A DNA stretch of 63,072 bases, filler included, from Kipferlia bialata (Eukaryota): the NCBI GenBank assembly GCA_003568945.1. It is 6 parts of 6 records of this genome, joined end to end, with 100 filler letters (N's around TTAATTAATTAA, not from the genome) between each part and the next. Parts side by side here need not be neighbours in the genome. Positions count along the whole stretch, not along the records: positions 45,486 to 56,743 come from BDIP01001263.1; positions 56,844 to 63,072 come from BDIP01001269.1; 4 more parts are not named here. One strand, given 5' to 3'. Below the pieces are notes generated by a model. The model had not been told where the DNA came from, did not search any database, and saw nothing but the letters and a program-made list of their open reading frames with translations. A program made the translations under genes and the position numbers. The first letter of the stretch is position 1; every line of letters starts with the position of its first letter. This document shows, in pieces, positions 53,810 through 63,072 of the stretch.

Positions 53810-54139
53810 GGAGTCAATGAGGGGCTCACCCTTGGCCACAAACCTAGGGTGAATGAGGGTGTAGAGAGAGAGAGACGTACTCGAATGTGACGCTGAAGTC
53901 CTTCTCGAATATGAACAAACCAATGTGAATAAGGGTGCAGCGAGAGAGAGAGAGAGAGAACGTACTCGAATGTGACGCTGGAGTCCTTCTCAAATATGAA
54001 CACTTCTGTCTCGAGGGTGGATGTGGAACCAGCCCCGGCCTGGAGGTACCCGCCCATGGGGGTCCAGAGGGTGCAGCCCTGGAGTAAGTAATAGAATAGT
54101 GCTACAGCCCTGGTAAATTAGAGTATATATATACATAGT

Positions 54140-54170
<31 letters not shown>

Positions 54171-54645
54171 CTGGAGGTACCCGCCCATGGGGGTCCAGAG
54201 GGTGCAGCCCTGGAGGTGAGATAAGTATACATACTAACTAACTAACATACTAACAGTTCCCATGTAGGTCCAGAGGGTGCGGTGTTAGGGTGAGAGAGAA
54301 TAAGAGAGGTATACTTAGGGATACGTATGTGTAGGTCAAAAATAGCATATGTAACCACACCTCTCCCGTGCATGTGCAAGATACTACAACACAATCTCTC
54401 TATGTATATATTCAAACATAACTGTAAGCAGTCATACCTCTCCCGTGCATGTTGTTGTCATCTCGGCTGGCATGTCGTCAAAGGTGGTGTAGATGGCACC
54501 ACCGCCTGGCAATGAGGGGAATTATCTATTATATATATATCATATATATAAATATATATCTCTATCTATATGAATACATATATATATAGCTGGCATGTCG
54601 TCAAAGGTGGTGTAGATGGCACCACCTCCTGATGATAGGGGTATC

Positions 54646-54676
<31 letters not shown>

Positions 54677-56419
54677 GGTGGCATGTCGTCAAAGGTGGTG
54701 TAGATGGCACCACCGCCTGGCATTAGTAAAAATCAATGATGAGTTTGATGGAGGGAGGTAATGTATACTATAGTATATATAGTATTATACACATATATGC
54801 ATGTCGTCAAAGGTGGTGTAGATGGCACCGCCACCTGATGTAAATAGTTGATACATATGATAACACTTAAGGGTAGAACGAGGTGTATTAGTACAATTGT
54901 ATCACATTGTATTATTCTATGACACCCCCGCCTGATGCTAAGGGAGCAGAGGTATACATATGAAGAAAGAGAGTATATACTGTACTCAAGCTGGTATATA
55001 AATACTTGTAGAATGTAACATATACATGCCACTGACCCATGGCGAATGTGGCCTCCTCGCATGTCACGCACTCCTCAATGGACATATCTATAAATATATA
55101 TATAATCATATATATGGTACCCACTACGTATTATATGTNNNNNNNNNNNNNNNNNNNNNNNNNNNNNNNNNNNNNNNNNNNNNNNNNNNNTGTATGTCTA
55201 ACCTATGGCGAATGTGCCCTCCTCGCATGTGACGCACTCCTCAATATATATATATATACATTGTGCATATCCATTATTAATACAATATTTATCTAATAGA
55301 ACACCCTCCTAACCTATTGCGAATGTGCCCTCCTCGCATTTCACTCATACATATATATATCATTAGTATACAATATATATTAGTATACTTTACATAAGAG
55401 ACCAGTACCTATTGCGAATGTGCCCTCCTCGCATGTCACGCACTCCTCAGCAGTCAGGTCATACTTGGTACCGGCACCACACCTGGGGGTAAGGGATGAT
55501 ATACTATGAAATCAATATAGCATTGAGGTTGGAGAGAGAGAGAAAAGCACCTGTTACCAGCACCCCACCTGAGGGTAAGGTACCCCAGAACTAACAACAC
55601 ATAGAAGTAACAACACATAGAACCTACAACACATACATGAAATAGATCATTGAGGTAATAATAATACTTGGTACCACATGAGGGTAATTATGGGATAAAA
55701 TAGAAACAATGTCAGGACCAGACAAATGGAGAGAGAGATAACCTTGAACTGAAAAGATATACATAGATACAATATAAATATATAAATAGTGTATACATAC
55801 ATATACACACCTCAGGTCGCATGGCACCATGACTCGGTCTGGGATAGATTATATATATATATGCATGATATAGATATAAATATGTATATTAGAATCACTA
55901 TGTATATGTGTATATATACCTCAGGTCACATGGCACCATGACGGGGTCTGGGATGACAATCTCCTGGGGTGAGTAAATGATAGAGAGAGAGATAGCCTAC
56001 ATGAAGCCTCGGCGTTAATATCTGTATAAATAACGGAGTATGGTAACTCAGCGTTGGTGCAGTCAGTATCAGTATCTCTATAAATACAGGTACACTCTAA
56101 AGTATATAGATACAATATATGATATACAGTATATACAGTATATATATATACATGAGTATATCATACCCACCTCAGCGTTGGTGCAGTCTGGCTCCAGGAT
56201 GAAGTAGATCAGGCTGGGGTGAGGTACTATTGGATGAATCCAAATACACATATACATGTGAACTGTTAAGAAGGTACGGGTGTGTGATGGATCATCTGAC
56301 TCCTACCGCTACTCTATATCATACAATACTATATATAGTGTACGTACCGCTCATCGAACTCACAGAATGAGAACAGGGGCACAATGTCTGAGTCATCACA
56401 CTCTAAGGGTTAGGGGTGT

Positions 56420-56458
<39 letters not shown>

Positions 56459-56690
56459 AGGGGCACAATGTCAGAGTCATCACACTCTGGAGGTTAAGGG
56501 TGTAGGGAGAGAGAGAGAGAGAGAGAGAGAGAGTAAGAGGGTACCTCTATCCACAAAGACTGTGCACACAAGATAATACTGAGGTACACAATAGAGCGTC
56601 CACAACATATATACACATAGAATAAATATATATATAGTATACCTCTAGCATCCACACGGACTGTGCACACCAGGAGCACCAGTGCTCCAC
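45810..56690 (-). CDS. ELAPOR/KIAA1324 (EIG121)-like Cys-rich membrane or secreted protein, >30 small exons, truncated by scaffold ends
   Basis: Signal-like ALVLLVCTVR; CGAGTKYDLTAEECVTCEEGTFAIGGGAIYTTFDDMP; a beta-sandwich segment (VTFEY...LIVDG...GLHSIQWVYSKD...AIRLIEMSG); repeated C..C.PG.Y Cys-rich (GCC2/GCC3-type) units; CKDMEACVEGDY. Confidence 0.7.
46947..47523 (-). repeat. True exon end VIMLGDITNPDDTLVS + donor and four intronic copies, all encoding the identical peptide
   Basis: True end 47469-47523; copies 47346-47400, 47192-47246, 47082-47132 and 46947-47001, separated by (TA)n/(GA)n tracts. Confidence 0.97.
49085..50170 (-). repeat. Nested half-exon copies around the exon at ~49659-49766: three acceptor-side and five donor-side copies
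   Basis: Acceptor-side copies read CSPCQPGYVPATT(L/I)S; donor-side copies read SFPTFPEGGS(T)NT..P with GT, and the farthest is degenerate. Confidence 0.93.
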
Positions 56691-56743
56691 TGGGGGTGAG
56701 GGGGGGGGGGGTGAGTGTATAGAGGTAGTAGGTGAATGTCAAT

Positions 56744-56843
56744 NNNNNNNNNNNNNNNNNNNNNNNNNNNNNNNNNNNNNNNNNNNNTTAATTAATTAAN
56801 NNNNNNNNNNNNNNNNNNNNNNNNNNNNNNNNNNNNNNNNNNN
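56744..56843. other. Artificial scaffold spacer
   Basis: 44N-TTAATTAATTAA-44N. Confidence 0.99.
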
Positions 56844-57201
56844 CCCATCTCTGCACTGGGGTATAGGAGGTCAGGGTGGAGGGTGAGCACATCCATAGAC
56901 AGGTCAATGCGACGGTCGAGGTCGTCGGGGTCCATTCCCCATATCTCCTCCCATAGGTCAAAATTCCCTCTTGTCTCGGGATGGGTCACATAGTGACTCA
57001 GTATCATGTCAGAACCCACTGGGAGGCCTCAAAACCGTGATATCTGGGGTCATAGAGCAACTATAGGCTATTCTTTAAGGAAATATCTACTATGTGAATG
57101 AACGTAGAACTTATGTATGTGTGTAACTAAGTGCAGTTGTTTACAACCACCATATTGAAATGTGGTATAACGTGTACATGATGAGAGGAAGAGGATGGAG
57201 T

Positions 57202-58110
57202 CTATATATCACGTACTGTTGTGTATCCCTTTGCAACCTTGGTGTAGTCCCCGCTAATACAGTCGTAGATGTGTATTCCACTGTCACCGAAGAGGAGGAT
57301 GAGGCGGTCAAAGCTCTGGTAGTGAGAGGATGATGACAGGGCACTACGTCTCACAAGAGGCATCTTACAAATACGCATATATAGTTGTGCATAGAACCAC
57401 ATATGTACCTGAGCTTGCTGGATTCTGCCGATTGATGACGGAATCTTCTCCTCCTCTCTGCATCCCCTCCAAACGGTGTATGTTATGTGTCTTTCCCTGC
57501 CAAACACGTGTAGGACGTCGTTTTCGACTGTGTAGGCGGACTGTGACTCCAACAGGAGGAGGTCTCTGCTGTCATGTGTCCACTCCTTGGTATCAGGGTT
57601 GTACATTGTCATCGCTGGATCCTCCCCATATGGGTAGGTGAAGAGGACAAACATCCCGTCAAGGGCACAGCTCTCTGGTATATATATCTTTGGCCACTGT
57701 AGAGCAATGCGATCTGGTATCCTAACAACGGAGCCATTGTCATCTATGTACCCAGTGCAAAGAGACGAAGCACTATAGCAGTTGTCCGTGTCTGTCTCTA
57801 GCACTTTGACAATAGGCCTGGATGAGGACTCAGCTGCATCAGCCTCCAACAGCAGACCACCTATGTACTCCCGCAGTTTTCTCGTCGGATTCCAGATATT
57901 CTCTGGCACGTGCTGCCTAGATCCCTTCATGACACAGTCGATCACTACTCTCCTGTCCCTCTCTTCCCCTCCATCCTGTGCAAGGCCAGAGACATCCAGG
58001 TCTAGTGTCACAACGGTTTCGTCCTGACCCTCTGCAACATCTTTCTCCGCGGCCTGCGCCCTAACAGTATGCTCTCCTAGAGAAATCCACTCCAGCTGGG
58101 AGTTAGTCAT
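57202..58110 (-). CDS. Hypothetical protein with degenerate Kelch/beta-propeller-like segments; probable intron from ~57407
   Basis: 302-codon ORF with ALDGMFVLF..G.....MYNPDTKEWT, VENDVLHVFG and ILLFG..GIHIYD motifs. Confidence 0.5.
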   Translation of the reverse strand: MTNSQLEWISLGEHTVRAQAAEKDVAEGQDETVVTLDLDVSGLAQDGGEERDRRVVIDCVMKGSRQHVPENIWNPTRKLREYIGGLLLEADAAESSSRPIVKVLETDTDNCYSASSLCTGYIDDNGSVVRIPDRIALQWPKIYIPESCALDGMFVLFTYPYGEDPAMTMYNPDTKEWTHDSRDLLLLESQSAYTVENDVLHVFGRERHITYTVWRGCREEEKIPSSIGRIQQAQVHMWFYAQLYMRICKMPLVRRSALSSSSHYQSFDRLILLFGDSGIHIYDCISGDYTKVAKGYTTVRDI

Positions 58111-58899
58111 ACATACATTGTAATCTTTAGACTGTATTAATATGTCTACGAGTAGCTATTCTTGCATAATAGTGAATATTGATATAAGAGAATACATATC
58201 TCTTCTACCTTGAAATTTCCGCTAAGCAGAGCCATTGGCCAGTTCACAGTGCATGTCGATATGTCTACTGCACGGGCTTTGTCAGAGGGGAGCATTTTGA
58301 TACTCGATTCTCACCACTTCTGCCAGTGAGACAATATATATATTGATGATAGGATGGGACACCATAGATATATGGGAACATGTGGGAGATGAGGCTGGAT
58401 TGCAAACATGGGTGGGAGGTCAGGGGTTGGAAATCAACGAGGGTATATGTGTGTTAAGGGATAGACGAAGAGAGAGGGAGAGCATATATTGAGGCTTTAG
58501 AGTGAGTGAGTGAGTGCTAAGGGGCAGCCATAGCATATAGGGACAGTTCAAGTAACGTGAAAGGCAGACGCAGTAATGATATGTAGTTGGCAGATACCTG
58601 GTTGAGTCTTCAATAGTTGCTCAAGAAGTGAGGATACCTCCCTACTATAGGGATAGATTAGTGACTGGGGTCAGGAGGGAGGGGGGGGGGGAGGGGACCG
58701 GTGGAGAATAGGATAAGGTCATAACGAGTAAAAATAGTTGTCGTAGAGGGTGAAACTGGGGAACGGGAGAGCAGGGAGAGTAGCCACGATAGCGGTATTG
58801 AGAGATGGAGGGTGGGCGAAGGGGGGGGGGGGGGGGGGGGGGGGTAGGGAATTGGACAAGTGGACAATCAGTCAATGAGACTACATGGGGCATGGGCAC

Positions 58900-61118
58900 A
58901 GAGAGACTCACTCACTCCGAACCTGTACACACAGGTATATATGTATACACATACACATACACATACACATCACACCGTACCTGTGCAGACAGCTATGACC
59001 ACCGTGAATGAGATGAGGAAGACGACCACCAGCTGCATCACCTGGGTGTCAGTGTCAGTGTCAGTGTCAGTGTCAGTATCAGTATCAGTGCCAGTGTCAG
59101 TATCAGTATATCAGTATCAGTATCAGTGCCCTAGGTCACAATGCTTCACACATTGCAGGAACGGCAGGAGAAGGGTACATACACAGAATGATATCACCAC
59201 AAGTAACACTATATACCAGACTCTGGTAACCAGAGAGATACCTCTACGTATATGGGAGTGAATTGGGCCGGGATCGGGTTGTTTGGGTTGGGCACGGGAT
59301 ATGGCCACTGTGGGTGAGAGGGAGAGGGGATGAATACCAAGCCACAACACAATAGCTCTACAGTTGTCTCACCATCATGGGTCTCAAGGCATCTACATAC
59401 ATATCCACATCCACAGCCACATATATATCCACACATATATACACATATCCCTGCCGCACCATCTTGCTCTGCAGGGTGTCTCTCACTAGGCAGCTGAGGC
59501 TGATGCCCAGGGCAAAGCCCGTCTCCCTGGGGTATCAGTGTCAGCATATATATATATATATATATATATCAGTATCAGTATCAGTCGGAAGAGGCACCGC
59601 CCATCATCCCCTGGTGACATATCGAGACTTTACATATGTACTACATAGAGTATATCACATAATACACAAGTGCACTTGATTCACCGCACGTGTAGTACAC
59701 ACACCTGAATGTCTGTATGCACCCCCCCATGACGCCCTTGACGTCGATGGGGGCAGACGTCATCATGTGGGTGTTGTTGCCCCCTGGGGTCAGAAGGAAG
59801 GGCCCATACACAGGCCAGTTGACAGTGACAATTACCGTTACTGAATATACACTCGATCACCCACTTATCGTAATATATAGTAAACCACATCTTGAGCAGA
59901 CACATAACTCGAAGTACCCACCTATATCAATGCCGAAGTACCTACCCATCATACTATATCTGTATATCATATCCTACTGGTGCCCACCTATGAATGCCGT
60001 CATGGCCAGGCCCAGCAGCACATTGGCAACGACGCATATCCACACCCTGCTGGTAAGTGTCAGTGTACGACGGGAGGGTGATGAGCATATATAAATGGAG
60101 ACATCCCCCTCACCCTGCCGTGTCTGCTGCGTAGGGTATGGACCAGGCCAATAGAAGACAGGACAGCACGGTCAGCACAATCCCCACAACCCTGGGGGTC
60201 GGTATGATGCATCATGTGCGTGGTAACATGGATACTATATATATATATATATATATTGAATATACATATATTACATGTGGTACAGGGTGTATATCACTCT
60301 TCTAGACGACCAGTCGACGCCACACACCTTCGTAAGGTATGTGTTAGTATACGTACCGATCTACCAATGCATGTAGGTAGACTCTCTACCACTATTATGT
60401 ATACCCACACACACACCTGAGTGCCCATGTACACACCCTCTGGAGCAGGTACCCGTTGACATACGAGTAGCAGAACATGGCTGGGGGTGAGGGGGGACAT
60501 GCTATACAGGACATGTGGATACATCTAGATACATGAAGATGATAGTTCCATAATACTCGACTGCATTCACCATAATATATATAATATACATAGGAGTAGC
60601 AGAACATGGCTGGGGGTGAGCGGAGACCCACATAGAATGTAGAGATCTGTTTTGAGACATGTAGACAATAGTTCCATAATACTCTAGTGGGGTATCACTA
60701 CAATACATATATACAATGCATGGTAAGTGGCACCTTAACCCATTCTTGACAGTGGGTGTGAGAATATGTATATACACCTCCACATACCTATTGGCGGGAA
60801 AGCACTAAGGAACCCGACAAATGCTGTGGAGTATCCAAATGCATACTGGTAGATGTAGGGAATGAGGAATTGCACGGCGCTGTTGATGGCAAAGTTAAAG
60901 AGACCACCTGGGGGTGAGACAAGATAGGAAGAGGAGAGCAATATAAGGCGTATACATCAAGGTACATCAGTGAGGACATGGACACCAGAGCCCATACCCG
61001 TGTATACAGGTAGGTATCATGTACATAGGGTGAGTCACTACTCTACAGTATACACATGTGGAACTACACGGCAGTCATGCCTACTATCCACAAGTGTTAC
61101 CATTGTAGTGAACACCGA

Positions 61119-61151
<33 letters not shown>

Positions 61152-63012
61152 CATATAACCAGGCACTCCGCCCTGCCTCCATCCCCCCCTCCCTATGACT
61201 ATACCTATGACTATACCTATGACTATACCTATGACTATACCTATGAGTGCAGCCATGATGGACTTGTTGCCAAGCACCCTCCGCGGCAGGATGGCACACT
61301 CGGAGTGCCTGGGGGGGTCAGTACCGGTATATGGGGGTTGGCAGAGGTAATATATATACACACACACATATATATGGACGTCTGCGAGAGTGCCCCAACA
61401 CGTACAACATATATATATACACAAATACACATACATGCCCCGTACCACTCGTGCCACAGGGTGAGGCCCATGAAGGCACATGCCAGGAGGATGAGGACTA
61501 GGCCGAACTGCCACGAGACCTCGAGCTGCGTGATGCCGTAGACAAGGGACGTGATGGCAAGGGTGAGGCCTATGCCGCCTAGAAAGTCGAAGGAGGGCTC
61601 CTTGATGACAGGGACCTTGGGCAGATACACTGGGGTGGGGTATACACAGGCATGGATATACCCACAACCAACACTCACTAACTCCGCCTCTCTACCTCTA
61701 CGTATCTCCCCCATGTCTCCACCCCTATATATATACCCATGTACACACCCATCACATACCTAGGTTGATGGCCATTGCCACAGCGCCTATCCCGATGTTG
61801 ATGGTGAACACTGCCCTCCAGGAGAAGGCAGACACCAGGAACCCGCCTAGCACAGGCCCAAAGGACGTCCTGGGGTGGGGGGGGGGGTACTATATCAGGA
61901 TGCTATGGAAATACACTGCCTATTCACGCACCCGACACTCACAAACATGGACTGGTAGGATAGAATGACAGGGAGGTCCTGCTTGTCACACAGGATGGTG
62001 GACAGCGACATCGAGCTGGGGTGGGGGGGAGGGGGGGCGTCATACGACACTACGTATATAGTACATATCTAACAATGCATTATATGCGATACACTAAGTA
62101 CAGTGAATAGCAATGCCCGCACTCACTTGCTCATGAGGAATGCCCCTGCTATGCCCTGCAGCACCCTGGACACCACCAGCTGGTTGAGGGACACGGCCCT
62201 GGGGGTGGGGACTAGGACTAAGTATACAGTGTCCATGATCAGTATCAGTACCAGTATCACTACATTTCGAGAAATGAGACACGGCCCTGGGTGACAGAGA
62301 GATTAGGCAACAGTAGTCATCAAGACACAATACTGCGTGTACATACTAATGTGTGCATTGCTGTGTATCAGCATGACATATACATATATATATTTATATA
62401 TATATATATATATCCCACCTTGAGCACAGGAATGAGCAGAACACAAACCCGACCAGGCCCATCAGGAATACCCTGGACATGGAGAACCGGTCACCGATCT
62501 GAGGGGTGAGTGTATGGAAGAGAGTAGATGGGGCATATATGGGATGGGGGCATCTACCTACACCAGGGTGTGTGTACCTTGCCTGCCAGTATACTCATAC
62601 TGGCCAGGAATATGGAGTATGCATCCGACACCCACTGCACAGAGGCAAGAGGCTCATTGAACTCTGGGGTGGGGTCAGGTATATAGAACGCATACACTAA
62701 TGTATATTAACACACTCTTACACCCACTCTGTGACAGAGTGAAGTAAGGTATAAAAGAGAGTTGCAATATAGACATGAGCACTTCTTAAGGAACGAGTCT
62801 CACATGACTGGTAGTGTATTGGTGATCAAGAGACATGCCGTACCAGCCGATATGCTGTACAGACACAGATTGACCACACTCATGTCCAGGATGGCCATGA
62901 GGAGGGTCCACCCAGTCATCCTGGGGATGAGAATAGTGTATACAGTATATACATATATATATATGTGTGTGTGCCAGAGCATGAGTGTGAATCTGAGTCC
63001 ACTCAGTCACCC
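58900..63012 (-). CDS. MFS drug:H+ antiporter-2 (EmrB/QacA-like, 14-TMS) transporter, multi-exon; both ends approximate
   Basis: Spliced LMAILDMSVVNLCLYSI, LGPVLGGFLVSAFSWRAVFTINIGIG, FDFLGGIGL, WHEW..SECAILP..L, and FLIPYIYQYAFGYS are DHA2 family motifs. Confidence 0.85.
61193..61246 (-). repeat. 12-bp tandem repeat (ATAG|GTATAGTC)x4 that re-creates the donor site in frame
   Basis: Minus strand reads gcactc atag gtatagtc atag gtatagtc atag gtatagtc atag gtatagtc ataggg. Confidence 0.9.
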
Positions 63013-63072
63013 TAGGGGGTGGGGGGGGGGGTGTATGTAGAGGGGGGGGGGGGGGGGGGGACCGGACCATTG

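Noticed and set aside
12500..56700. Numerous short ORFs rich in YI, SL or ER dipeptides in the ORF track
   Set aside because: They are translations of (TA)n/(TC)n/(GA)n intronic microsatellites.
1..63072. Transposase, reverse transcriptase, recombinase, tRNA or rRNA genes
   Set aside because: None were recognisable by eye. Any enzyme responsible for the exon-end copies is not evident in this window.

Overview
This window is eukaryotic, intron-rich genomic DNA, not prokaryotic. It consists of six unrelated scaffolds of about 11.3 kb joined by artificial 100-nt spacers (44 N + TTAATTAATTAA + 44 N), so gene neighbourhoods across spacers are meaningless. Introns are GT-AG with the branch point almost fused to the acceptor (CT[AGCT]AC-N2-4-YAG), which is metamonad-like; the overall style suggests the free-living fornicate Kipferlia bialata (inference, not verified). 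Manually spliced genes: tRNA-guanine transglycosylase (3' part), a TRAPPC10-like protein, a ZIP4/TEX11-like meiotic TPR protein, a membrane class III adenylyl cyclase with inverted C2/C1 order, two MFS transporters, a Ser/Thr kinase, TSG101/Vps23, a WD40 fragment, an ELAPOR/KIAA1324-like Cys-rich protein and several hypotheticals. The main discovery concerns the introns of scaffolds 2-5. They are stacked with partial copies of their own flanking exon ends, each with its splice site: acceptor + exon-start copies upstream of the exon, and exon-end + donor copies downstream. These non-coding copies differ from the working exon and from each other almost only at synonymous codon positions. In some exons the upstream and downstream half-copies break at the same point. 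This looks like an exon-end replacement process that archives earlier functional versions in the intron, and it implies a splice-site selection mechanism able to ignore many intact decoy sites.
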